DNA of 64,000 bases, taken from NCBI RefSeq assembly GCF_037042905.1, contig NC_087251.1, positions 11,162,001 through 11,226,000 of the forward strand, in the 5' to 3' direction. Positions 47,667 through 58,500 of the stretch are shown in pieces (the stretch's first letter is position 1; every line of letters begins with the position of its first letter). Source of the DNA: Lytechinus pictus. Taxonomy: Eukaryota. The notes beneath the pieces are model-generated. The model saw nothing but the letters and a program-made list of their open reading frames with translations, ran no database searches and had not been told where the DNA came from. The translations under genes were made by a program, and so were the position numbers.

Positions 47667-50600
47667 ATAATAAACACAAGTTCACAAGGTTGACTGGAGG
47701 TTCATCATATTTAATTGCAACTCTGAGTTTCACGCAACCTACGTGAGGTGCGATCTTCAGGCAACATATAGATATATATGTGTTCAACATATATATATAT
47801 ATATATATATATATGTGTTGAACACATCATCAACAGTTCGTTCATTAGTCCGCCTCAGTCATGTCAGTGGTAGTATGTGAGACTACAATAATGTTAATGT
47901 AAATTTCCAGGATATAGCTGAATTTATTTTTTGGTGTGTGTCAATATATCCATACACATCCTCACAAATAAACACACAATTCCACCTTCGCCAAAACGTT
48001 GAGCAGAAGAAAACGCAAATTCGAAGTTTTATTTCGTAGTATTCAGTGGTGTGGAAGTCGAATTGTGTTTTTGTTTTGTTTTTTTCTTGTTTTTCAGAAT
48101 TCATATGGCATAGTAGATAAATGATGGGGGCTTAAAACAAATCAAACTCATAATGTCCAATCATGCATGGACATATATATATATATATATATAGTGTGTG
48201 AAAGAAATGGATGAAGAGAACAATGGTAGGCGTAGCTTAAATCAAGGTTCCCCAGAGCTATCTACCCTTTTCATTAGTCCGCCTATATATATATATATAT
48301 ATATATAGCGATTGATATTATTGGTCGGGTTGCAACCGATGATCATAATAAGGGAATGTGAAGTTTCACTTGGGAATTGGTGATAATTTATTTCTTTGAT
48401 CTTTTGTGATTTCCTCCTTTGAAGGAAATGTATGAAAGAATTTACAAAAACTTATGAAAACTTAGATGTCAGTGTCTAGAAAGAAAAGCCAGAAAAGAAA
48501 TACATAATATATAAATATTTATATAAATATATAATATATTTTAACAATACTGTAATGACTTTGATAATGCAAAAGACTTATCTCATTTCGTATTTAGAAA
48601 CCAAACTTAAGTGGAAATCTTGTTTTGATTTGTTTCTGCTTGAGTTCCCTAAATGTTTCATCAGTTTGCCTTCACACCCAAATACATATCGCAAAGCATC
48701 AAGTTTTTTTAAACACGGATTGCTATAATGCTTATGATTAATATTTTCAATTCAGTAATATTTTTTTTTGCGTCCAAGGAGGGAGTATATGTCCAACAAC
48801 GCCGATCGGCTGTAAAGACACCGTTACGATTAGCCCCGGATGCGAGGTAACCATTCAGTCTCCGAATTATCCAAGTCAATACTCCAACGGTGGCGACTGC
48901 AGCTACTCCGTCAGTTCTCCACAAAATTCACTTCAGCTCACCTTTTCTAAATTTCGCACAGAGGCAAACTACGACTTTGTTAGATTCGTGATTCAACAAA
49001 CGGAAACTGCGTAAGTTACTTATTAAATCTTTCTATATAATATAACAAAACACGTAAAATTATCTCTTTTTCAAAAAAGGGCACGTTACGTTAAACGTAC
49101 GTAACGTAATAAGGATGTCAAAAACACTAAAATAATGAAAAAGATTATATATTTCGCTAGGAAAAATACCTGTTTACGGTCCAATTTTCCAATTACGGGT
49201 ATAAAAAGACTAAAATACTCAACAATACGTGTTTAGGGTCCGATTTGAGAGAGGTGTGTGGGGTTGTACTAAACCCAATGAAAGTAAAGGTAAAGCCGAC
49301 GTCCGTGCACGTCCGTGACATAACAAGATATCGTTGTACTTGTTAAAGGACAAGTCCACCCCAACAAAAAGTTGATTTGAATAAAAAAGAGAAAAATCGA
49401 ACGAGCATTACACTGAAAATTTCATCAAAATCGGATGTAAAATAAGAAAGTTATGACATTTTTAAGTTTCGCTTAATTTCACATAAAAGTTATATGCACA
49501 TCCTGGTCGGTATGCAAATGAGGGAACTGATGACATCACCCACTCACTTTTTCTTTTGTATTTTATTATTTGAAATATGAAATGTTCTAATTTTCTCCTC
49601 ATTGTCCTGTGAAACAAAGTTTTATTTCTCACTGAACATGTGGAATTACCATTGCTTAACATTATATTGTTTAGTCAAGTTGGTCCTTATTGTCAAATCT
49701 GTAAAAATTGAAATATTGTATAATTCAAACAATAAAAAACAAAAGAAATAGTGAGTGAGGGACATCATCGATTCTCTCATATGCATGTGACTAAATTATT
49801 GTACATATAACTATTTTGTGAAAAATAAGCGAAATATCAAAATGTCATAACTTCCTTATTTTACATCCGATTTTGAGCATTATATGCTTGTCTGATTTTT
49901 CTCTGTTGATTCAAACAACTTTTTTCTGAAGTGGACTTGACCTTTAAAGGGATGGTACGGGCTGAAAATATTTATATCTTAATACATAGAGTAGAATTTA
50001 GTGAGCAAAATGCCGAAAATATCATAAAAATCGGATAACAAATAATAAAGTTATTGAAGTTTAAACTTAAGCAATGTTTTGTGAAAACAGTCGTCATGAA
50101 TATTCATTAGGTGGCTGATGATGTCACATCTCCACTTTCAGTTTTCTTATGTGATTACATAAAATCATATTTGTTCATTATTTCATACATGTGTGAATAA
50201 TATGTCTCCCTTATAATGAAATAAGTTGCAGCAATAAATATCTAATGCACTAAATCAGTTGTCAATCCAATTTTTGTAGTTTTTGGAGGACAAAATTTGA
50301 ATAAACCTAATTTCATATAATAAAATACAAAAGAACAAGTGGGGATGTGACATCATCAGCCCAACTAATGAATATTCATGACGACTGTTTTCACAAAATA
50401 TTGCTAAACTTTAAAATTCAATAAATTTATTATTTGTTATCCGATTTTGATGAAATTTTCGGCCTGGACCATCCCTTTAAGGGGGTCAATTCAGGAAATC
50501 CTTGTCAAAAGTACCGTTTTGTTTCCAATACTTGTTAAGGGTAGGGTTTCACAGACCAATACTTGTTAAGGGGTGCATTTTCAGAACATGGAAAATACTT

Positions 50601-51492
50601 ATTTGGGGTGCTTTTCGAAACCCCATGGTCACGCATGTTATCCACTCGTCGATGGAAGTGCCCCCCCCCCCCCCCCCCCCGGGCGCTAAAACAAGTTTAA
50701 CGAAGCAAAGCTATCTTCAAAACTACATCGCGAGGTGGTTTTCTGAACCGGTTTGGAAGATCGCTTCCAAGACCGCTTCGACCGTTCTCATTACACCTTA
50801 AACTAGTTTCCAGTAAACTAGTTTTAGGACGGTAGTGAAAACGGTGTCTAAATCCCAGGGCCCCGTCTTACCAGAGTTGCGACTGATTCGATCAACCTCA
50901 ACTATATGAAAATCCATCATTGTCACAATTTTTCCTATCAGAAATTTTCAAGACGTCCTTCGTAAACAAGGAGGAAGCACAACAAATTGTCAAGACAACG
51001 ATGAATGTATATGGGTATCTAGGAAATATTTTGAACAAACATGCATTTTAGATATGGGCGTTGTTGGCTTTCCATAGTTGTGGTTGATTGGATCAATCGC
51101 AACTCTTTGTAATACGGGGTCCATGAATGTTTTATACCTTTAATGTTATCCTACTTTCGTTTTGCTGTGAACATTGTAAACGTACATTAATCTGAGCTAA
51201 TCTATCTATTTGCCAAATGTTATTACTTGGTGTTAATCAATTTTATCAAGGCTATTGTTGCTTTGCACTTCAACATAATTCATGTTTCACCAAATGTCAT
51301 CAAGAAATTCATAAAGGAATTGTATTATTATTTCACCCCCCCCCCTTCTTATTGTCCAGTCTGTCCGGACTTCATACCGATATGACCAAGCTGAGTTATC
51401 AGGCGATGGATAATATTAAGTTGACCTTCACGTCAGATAACTCTGTTGTTCAAGACGGCTTTGTAGCCAAGATTAAAGCAGTGAAGATATAA
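26149..51492 (+). CDS. Gene B: secreted astacin-family (BP10/SpAN-like) metalloprotease, 10 coding exons, 566 aa (SP-pro-astacin-EGF-CUB-CUB)
   Basis: Exons 26149-26250, 27150-27399, 28729-28855, 30337-30403, 32846-33037, 38543-38789, 40717-40820, 42571-42817, 48779-49010, 51360-51492. GT-AG introns, phases 0,1,2,0,0,1,0,1,2, total 1701 nt in frame. [24 protein letters not shown], furin site RTKR. Confidence 0.93.
26888..27080. mobile_element. hAT-type MITE; related fragment near 6958-7140
   Basis: cactggtggatccagg / cctggatcagcccctg; 8-bp TSD ctctaccc. Confidence 0.75.
27150..27399 (+). CDS. Gene B exon 2: propeptide and start of astacin domain
   Basis: ...[12 protein letters not shown]...[26 protein letters not shown]; cag/gtaaga. 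Confidence 0.92.
28729..28855 (+). CDS. Gene B exon 3
   Basis: [43 protein letters not shown]; tag/gtaagc. Confidence 0.9.
29211..30195. mobile_element. Tc1/mariner-type MITE, copy 2
   Basis: TA|cagtgcgtatcaaaaaaagtttacactt...|TA; reverse complement of 13592-14570. Confidence 0.88.
30337..30403 (+). CDS. Gene B exon 4
   Basis: [22 protein letters not shown]; tag/gtaaat. Confidence 0.92.
30461..32490 (-). mobile_element. 5'-truncated non-LTR retrotransposon (CR1/L2-like) with frameshifted reverse transcriptase
   Basis: RT motifs [39 protein letters not shown] over broken ORFs 31813..32385, 31461..31973, 31218..31448; 3' end aataaa + (ATTC)n. Confidence 0.9.
32846..33037 (+). CDS. Gene B exon 5: zinc-binding motif and Met-turn
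   Basis: [24 protein letters not shown]...[13 protein letters not shown]; tag/gtaagt. Confidence 0.95.
33382..33963. mobile_element. TTAA-flanked (Kolobok-like) MITE, family with aggggaatgaaacc termini
   Basis: TTAA|aggggaatgaaaccttt ... aaaggtttcattcccct|TTAA; long imperfect TIRs; interrupts an agatgatgagatcc-type repeat array (about 33250-34300). Confidence 0.85.
34509..35144. mobile_element. TTAA-flanked (Kolobok-like) MITE, aggacaagtccacccc family
   Basis: TTAA|aggtcaagtc ... ggggtggacttgtcct|TTAA; related copies at 49347, 53211, 60054, 61845. Confidence 0.85.
35299..37327. mobile_element. Mutator-like (MULE) non-autonomous element
   Basis: 9-bp TSD aacgaggac (35290-98, 37328-36); GG...CC termini; inverted arrays of ~15-bp ggacaattaccccc repeats at both ends. 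Confidence 0.82.
38543..38789 (+). CDS. Gene B exon 6: end of astacin domain plus EGF-like domain
   Basis: [12 protein letters not shown]...[21 protein letters not shown]...[24 protein letters not shown]. Confidence 0.92.
39455..40010 (-). mobile_element. LINE 3'-end fragment
   Basis: Degenerate KLWNDL-type C-terminal peptide; ends aataaa + (TTGAA)n on the minus strand. Confidence 0.6.
40717..40820 (+). CDS. Gene B exon 7: N-terminal part of CUB1
   Basis: [35 protein letters not shown]; ttgcag/gttggt; phase and size match gene A exon 7. Confidence 0.82.
42097..42450 (+). mobile_element. Full-length tRNA-derived SINE
   Basis: A box gtggtgtagtgg, B box gttcgaatcc, L2-like 3' end gtaaagcgctttgag...aaaagcgctatataaa, (ATT)n tail. 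Confidence 0.85.
42571..42817 (+). CDS. Gene B exon 8: rest of CUB1
   Basis: [17 protein letters not shown]...RCWDGL...YCGN...[16 protein letters not shown]; ttccag/gtaggc. Confidence 0.92.
42857..46598. mobile_element. TTAA-flanked (Kolobok-like) MITE, related to 33382-33963, split by a hAT dimer
   Basis: TTAA|aggagaatgaaac ... gtttcattctcct|TTAA. Confidence 0.82.
43013..46191. mobile_element. Head-to-tail dimer of a ~1.6-kb hAT non-autonomous element
   Basis: Units 43013-44562 and 44563-46191; TIR cagcggcgtaacagg / cctgttacgccactg; single 8-bp TSD gtcacaga. Confidence 0.88.
47307..47378 (-). tRNA. tRNA-like gene (tRNA-Glu-like body, UCA at the anticodon position); probably repeat-borne
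   Basis: GTCTCTG TG GTCT AGTGGTTA AGAC A CCGGC GCTCAAA GCTGG GGGC CCGGG TTCGATT CCCGG CAGAGAC A; all four stems pair; followed by TTTTTT. Confidence 0.6.
47714..47766 (-). ncRNA. Minimal type-I hammerhead ribozyme motif (Penelope-like variant)
   Basis: UUGC-CUGAAGA-[U CGCA CCU cacgu AGG U UGCG U]-GAAA-CUC a GAG-UU-GCAA: core, stem II, palindromic stem III and stem I all present. Confidence 0.6.
48779..49010 (+). CDS. Gene B exon 9: N-terminal part of CUB2
   Basis: [15 protein letters not shown]...[20 protein letters not shown]...[15 protein letters not shown]; aag/gtaagt. Confidence 0.9.
49347..49943. mobile_element. TTAA-flanked (Kolobok-like) MITE, aggacaagtccacccc family
   Basis: TTAA|aggacaagtccacccc ... 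gtggacttgacct|TTAA. Confidence 0.85.
49948..50476. mobile_element. TTAA-flanked MITE, agggatggt family, abutting the previous element
   Basis: TTAA|agggatggtacgggc ... gcctggaccatccct|TTAA; long internal inverted arms. Confidence 0.82.
50858..51122. mobile_element. MITE (Harbinger-like gggccc termini)
   Basis: gggccccgtcttaccagagttgcga / tcgcaactctttgtaatacggggtcc. Confidence 0.65.
51360..51492 (+). CDS. Gene B exon 10: end of CUB2, stop
   Basis: LSGLHTD...[28 protein letters not shown]; cag acceptor after a pyrimidine tract. Confidence 0.9.
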
Positions 51493-52434
51493 TTGACAAC
51501 AAGTGAAAGACGGAGGTACCTTCATGACTGAAAGGACGGCACTCCATACATTTCCTATTTTCTGTGGATGGGGGTTCTTTTCTTTTCTTCCTATAAACTT
51601 GATAAGTTTTATTGATGATGATGACGAGGATTATGATAATAAATAAGAAGAAGAGTGATGATTGATAACAATAATAATGATAACTATAATAATAATAACA
51701 ATATTCAATCTGGCTTGATTGAATTTATCACTTTTGGAGGTACTGAGACCAAGGGGTCTTTGTCTCGGGTTTGACTCCCGGCATGGCACTCTTGTCCTAA
51801 GGCAACGCCTTTTTATCTAAGTTGATCGCACATTAAATAAATGGAGATTCTAAATGTATTTTGAAAGAAACGTGTGCACGTGTTAAAAAAATCCGAAAGT
51901 GAGAGCTACGACTTTCTAAACTTCTTTAAACCTAAGTATACAAACCAGCAATATTTTTTTCTGTTTCAGACATCAACTTCTTAATTTCGCCCGTAAACGA
52001 AGAAAAATATATTGCACATCGAATTGACTCAGATTCAGAGACATTATTTTGAATATAAAGAAAAAAATTGCATATCATTCATATAGCAATATTAAATTTT
52101 ATTTGTTCCTATATAGGTGATCTATATCTAATTATATTGATACAATGTTTGTAATAATGGGTTTCTTTTCTTGTGGAATAAAATAACAAGTATCATGCAC
52201 CGATGTTGTCTACCCTAGATATTCTGTTATGTGTTTATTGAGAGATGTGGTGGCGAACAACGACGGGCACGACTGGTATGTAAAGATCTGTTGTTTTGTG
52301 TCTGCTTGTCTGGTATCTTTCAAGTTATTGCAATTGATTTTTTTTTAAGTGAGTTGTTGATAGGAAGATTATTAATTTATAGTTTTCGGTGAATCTTCGG
52401 TTGGTCGGTTAATTATATTTTGTTTAAAAACATG

Positions 52435-52489
52435 ATTGATTGATTGGTTGTTTAGATTAATTGATTGATTGATTGATTGATTGATTGAC

Positions 52490-52540
<51 letters not shown>

Positions 52541-52620
52541 CTGATTGATTGATTGAGTGAGTGATTGAGTGAGTGAGTGAGTGAGTGATTAGTTGGTTGG
52601 TTGGCTGAGTGAGTGAGTGG
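52435..52620. repeat. (GATT)n/(GAGT)n tetranucleotide microsatellite
   Basis: Directly visible. Confidence 0.9.
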
Positions 52621-53210
52621 GTAGGTGAGTGATTATAGTGTTTAGTTTGTTAGTTTATTTGTTATTTGGAACATTTGGTCGGTCAGTTGGCCGGTTTGGT
52701 ATCTATATAGATGAGTGAGTCAGACAGTGGTACGTGGGATTGGTGGATATTTGATGGGTTGGTTGGGTGGGGTGAGTGCACTTGGATGATATAGTTTGTT
52801 GGCCGGTTGGGTGAGTGTACTTGGCTTGTCGGTTATTTGTGGATGAGTGACAGTCCAATGGCGTACCGTGGGTTACATTTATTTGCAATGGAACATTTTT
52901 TCGCGAACTTACCCAGCGAGTTACACTTTAAGACCGAGTACCGTTTAAGACCGTAACAATCCTTCATATTCCCGATGATTCTTTTTATTTTATTTTATTT
53001 TTTTTTTTTTTTGGGGGGGGGGCTGATTTCCAGTCGTAAATCACCCGGGGCAGACTACCCTTGCCCCTCCCCCGGCTGCCGCACTCGGAATGAGTCGGGG
53101 TATCAAGTTTCAATTGTTTAAAGATCCTTCCAAAACCCCAAAGGAGTCACAGGATACATACACCAATACAATGATTACATGAATAAGATACAGTTTTATC
53201 AAAGCCCTAA

Positions 53211-53838
53211 AGGACAAGTCCACCCCTCAAAAAAAAAAATTTGAATAAAAAGAGTAAAATCCATCAAGCATAATACTGAAAATTTCATCAAAATCAGGGA
53301 TATAAAATAAAGGAAGTTATTATATTCCAAAGTTTCGCTTAATTTCACAAAACGGTTATATGCACATCCATGGTCGGCATGAAAATGAGGGGATTAATGA
53401 CATCACTCACTCACTATTTTATTTGTATTTCATTATATGAAATATGGAATATTTAAATTTTCTCTTTATTGTCATGTGAAACAAAATCTATTCCTCCCCG
53501 AACATGTGGAACTACCATTTTTTAAATCATTTAGCGGTTAAATAGTCAAGTTGGTATATATTGTCAAACCTGTATAAATTGAAATATTGTATAATTCAAA
53601 CAATAAGAAACAAAAGAAATAGTGAGCGAGCGGGACATTGACTCTCTAATTTGCCAATCACTGAGTTGTGCATATCACCGATCACTGTTTTGTGAAAAAT
53701 AAGTGAAACTTTAAAATGCTGTATAGGCCTACTTTTTTAAATTTTACTTCCGATTTTGATGATTTTTTTTCAGCATTAGGCTAGTCTGAATTTACTCTAT
53801 TTATTCAAATTAACATTTTTCTGGGATGGACTTGATCT
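53211..53838. mobile_element. TTAA-type (Kolobok-like) MITE, aggacaagtccacccc family
   Basis: CTAA|aggacaagtccacccc ... ggatggacttgatct|TTAA. Confidence 0.8.
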
Positions 53839-55582
53839 TTAAGCAAATTAGGGAATGTAAACTTGGCAAATGTGAACATGAGTATGAATATGAACATGAG
53901 TTTAACGTACATTAAATGGGAAATACTATAACAAATGAAACAATAAAAGTACAAACATTAAAATGCAACATCAAGAGAAAACAGTTTGGCGAAAATAGTT
54001 TGACACCAGTGTGCATGGTGGAGTCAGCCAAGCTTTTCATGACATCAGATGGAAAAAAAAAGAGGGTGTGCATTTTTAGGCATGTTAGGACAATGTCGAA
54101 GAGAGAAGATCTTTATGGTTTACATTTTATAATAAGTCGATAAAGTCAATTAAAGACTTAACAAAAGTCACCACCAATCCCTGATTTACATAAAGAACAT
54201 AACCCTGTGTCAGTCTCTTTCGGAGTTGTCATATTTACCAATTACAATGGTAGGTCTTGTGCTCCCTGTTCTAAATTCACATAAATGATGCCAAAGAGCG
54301 GGTGGGAGTTTAATCAGATTATTTTCCGAGTAGTTTTTAAAAATTCGATATTTCCAGGATGCGTTGGAATTTTGGATATCTTACTGACTCGAGGACCAGT
54401 TTTGGCGGAATTGATTATTAAGTCTTAAAATAATGGTGACTTTTATTTTTAAGTCAGTTTAAGTTTTTGGTGAACCTTACGAAAGAAAAGCCACTATGAT
54501 CTAAAATATTGTGTACATCATTTAAGTCTACTTAACATAAAATGATGGATGTTAAAGTCAGTGACTAGGAATAATCCTACTCGAGCAAGTAACTGCATAA
54601 ATGGGAACCAACCCAAGTCACCATAAATCATATAAGATGGATTTTTTTTTTTTTTAACGCGCAAAATGTACTTACAAAATTTCAGATGGAGTTTTTTTAA
54701 TCAGAAAAGTATTTTTAGAAATCGTCACCCAATCACTGATGTGCACAATTCGCAAGTTCATCAAATAGTGATCCACAAACACTCACGGATGCTAGATGAC
54801 TGTTCGCAAAAGTGACGAGGATGCGATGGAGATTGGTGATTGGTGAAGCTGATATAGCATGCAGAAAACGCTACTTCATTTCTATCGTACGGGGAACCAT
54901 GGACGGACACTGTTTCGGCTGCGCTTCAAAGTTTGGATTTTTCACCAGAGAGGTAAGTTTGAAAATGTGAAATTGTGGGCATGATCAAACTCCAAATTGA
55001 CGTTGTTAGAAGATTCTGAATAAAACAACGTTGGGCACGAAAGTGTCGAAACATACCTACATAGTTTCAGCAATTCACCATTTCAGGTCAATTATCCATA
55101 TGTCCCACATACAGTTTTCTGCGTAAGTTCATGTATGAAAAACTATGTCTGATTGTTTTTATGATTGGAACCACTCCTAGTCCTAGTACCCATGAGGTCC
55201 AAACATTAACATGTATGGACCTCAGTCAAAGTCAAAGTTGGCGGTAGGATGGGGGGTCGGGTGTCCGGACACTTTATATTTTTGAAGCCTTCTTTTTTGT
55301 CTTTGAATTACACTAAAAATATGAATTCAATAGTTGTAATCATTTTCTATTTTGTTCTCTATAATATTTTCTAAAATTTTGTACTAAAATTTGATGAAAC
55401 TTCGCTTGTAATTTTTTCCAAATGACTTTCTAAAATTGATCGTCCGGACACACAACCTGTCCGGACACACAACAACTGGGTATAATAGTCAAATATGACT
55501 GGTCGCCACTCGCCATTAATTTCCAACAAACAACAACAATCAACATAGGCGACATTACCCAAATTATGGGTTGGACAGTCAT

Positions 55583-58500
55583 CACCCATGCCCATGGCTA
55601 CCGGCTACATCTCTGCCGCCGACTACAGAATAATTGAAGGCACGGCGCATTCAACAAATAACGTTATTTTCCGAAAAATGAATACGAGGACTTACAGAAT
55701 GAAGTCCTCCTACGAAACTTACCAAACGATGTGAAGTCAATTCCTCAATCCTCATAATTTGATGAATATCCCTCAAAATGCGTCATTTAAGAAGCGTTGA
55801 TTTTTCTTCGCGTTGACAAAATACGAAAGTCACCTTTCTAGCTCTCAAATTTTTTGTCTAATGAGCGAAAGAGGGCGCGCGATTTATCTTCATATCAAAG
55901 ACACTACAAGGGAAAGACTAGACACAAAAATTATCTTACACGTAAATCGATGCAAAGCGTTACGCAAAGTTGGCAAAGTGTTCAATCTTTTTACTGTAAT
56001 TTTTGTAAAGACTTTGGTGGAACGTTAATTGACAAACGACTGGTAGCACTTGCGGGGCTTTGTTCAAGGTACATAGAATTTTCTATATTTTTTGTTTAAT
56101 TTGTCATCGTTTTGAATATTTTCCAAAAAGTATAATCGTCAGCAAAAATAATAAAAAAGTATGTTTTTTAAGTTATTGCATTTATTGGGGTCTCTATTTT
56201 ATCAAACAATTATTGGAATTGCGCATACAATGAATCATGAATCTAGTTTTAAAAAAACCACCAAGCTGAATTAAGGTTGTGAACTGTATTAGCGCCACCA
56301 ACGACCTCCTTTTTATTTCCGTGGAAGAGACGTGCGAAGCCACTTTCCAGGCAGAGGTAAGCGATTTTGCTCTTTTTTGTGTCCTTTTAAATTAAAAAAA
56401 TATGTTAAAAATTGAAAATGGAACGCTTTATACCATAAAAAGCCCTGGTGAGTAGCGGAATGGGTTTCGGCTAACATCATTCATGTTATGAAGCGATGTT
56501 AACAACAACTCTAAAATCCACTACAAAAACACGATGGTTGTGCGAGGTTCGTATAGAATATACTAACCTCGCAATAGTGTGAGTGGACAGTCATAGTCTT
56601 GAGGACTCCATGACCATGATGATGTCTTTAAAAAAAAAATTGACATATACTTCTTCATCATTGGAGTCTTGAATCCCCTCACATATCACCCATGGGTACA
56701 TTACTGCCGCAGTGCACAGGATAACCACTGGCACAGCACTTGCAATAAGTATATGCCTATTTTGTTAAAATTAGAAATTGATCTATATTTTAAATCAAGT
56801 AAGCTTTGGTCTTTGGAAATGAAACTTACCAAACGATATGAAGCCAATTTCATTTCCTCTAGATCTTTCTGGTACCTTATATCGATGATTTTTCTTGATG
56901 TCGAAGCAGGCATGGAGCTAATTCGCTGGTTTTCTCTATACGCACAGAGAGGGTGCGCGATATTATTTAATAAACTTGCTTGTTTACGTCAGATCAGCTG
57001 TACTGCTGGTTGCGTTCTAGGCGCTCCGCATTTTTTTCCCTCTGTTTTTTTTTCGCTGTTCAGCATTATTTTATGATGTAGCGCCATCAGCGATTATGAA
57101 ATGTAAAAGCATGGTACAATTTCCTATCATGCGCCGACGGCTTGAATCTAGACTGTTCGATAGGAAAAATTCGCATTTTGATTGTTGTTTGCGTAATTTC
57201 CACCGCAGTATTAAGGATCGGACGGAGTATCTTGGCTGAGATTTGGAGGTAAGCGTTTAAATCCCTTTTTATAGATACGTTCGAGCACATTTTTAAAATT
57301 AAATTAGATGATAAGATTTAGATGAATAAATTTAGTATATTCTGAAGATTTTGGCGTGTTTCATTCTCTCACATTCGTGTGATGAATGAAAACGTCAAAA
57401 TTCATCATGAAATGACATGCGTTGTGCGAGGTTAGTACAACTAACCTCGCATGCTTGTGTGAGTGCTCCCATAGTATATGCATAAGAGAGACATGTAAAC
57501 AAAGATGGATTTCCCTAGGAATCCATCTTTTTTATTAAAAATCATGTAAATGATCGTGATTTTATTATTCTCCACACCTTCCTACGCCTAATGCATGAGA
57601 AGGTTTAAAGAAATATTCAATTAAAATGTGAAAAAATAAAGGTTTCTTACCAGACCGATGTCGTGTAGATCCCTCGATCCAAATGTACACAACGCAAATA
57701 CAATAGGGTCGTCCCTTGAACCGCTTACCGCTTACGTACATCCGGTTTGTGATGCCGTTTTGAAGAACAATTTATAGATAAAAATTATTATTTTACAAAT
57801 AATAAAATTCATTACGTGATTATAAATAATTAGCAGTATTATACTAATTATTTAGCCATCTATAAGGTTTAAAATGGCTAAATATCCAGAGGTATCGAGA
57901 CCCACTTGCTGATATAGTACTGGGGTACACGATGGAAAGGTTACGCCCAGTGGCCCCCGAATGTTCTACAACCAAGATAAAAAAGAAATGAAGGGAATAA
58001 AAGAAAAGGAAAAGTGTAAGGTAAGATATCTATCTCAAAGTTAGATTCCCACGAAAAGGTTTTTTCTCGCTTGCTTCACTCGCTTGGAACATATAAAGCA
58101 ACTTTATTCCCACGCGCCATTTATGTTGTACATTGTGCCCCCTCTTTCTTTCTTTTTTTTTTACTCATCCCGCTACTGCCAAACAGAGGTTTGCCCTAAG
58201 ATTGTGGACAATGATATAAAAGGTATCATTTTCATACCATGTGACTGGGAAATTTTTGGCTCCACCCCCCCCCCCCCCTCTCTCGATCCCTGTATTTTGA
58301 TTTGATAGGGGCCTATACCTGATGTAAGCTTCAATATAAAATCATAACGGAAAGAACGCCTTGAATACAGGCCAACCAGCCTAACGACATTGCCGCGTCA
58401 CGTGACAACCAGTATTAAACGAGGATGTGTACAACCCTATGGCGACAAGGCTTGTCGCAAAAGTTGAGCAAGTTCTAGACAAAAAGGCTTCAATACCCCA

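Noticed and set aside
51515..51969. Possible intron in the 3' UTR of gene B (good acceptor at 51969)
   Set aside because: Only a weak donor (gtacct) is available and there is no transcript evidence.
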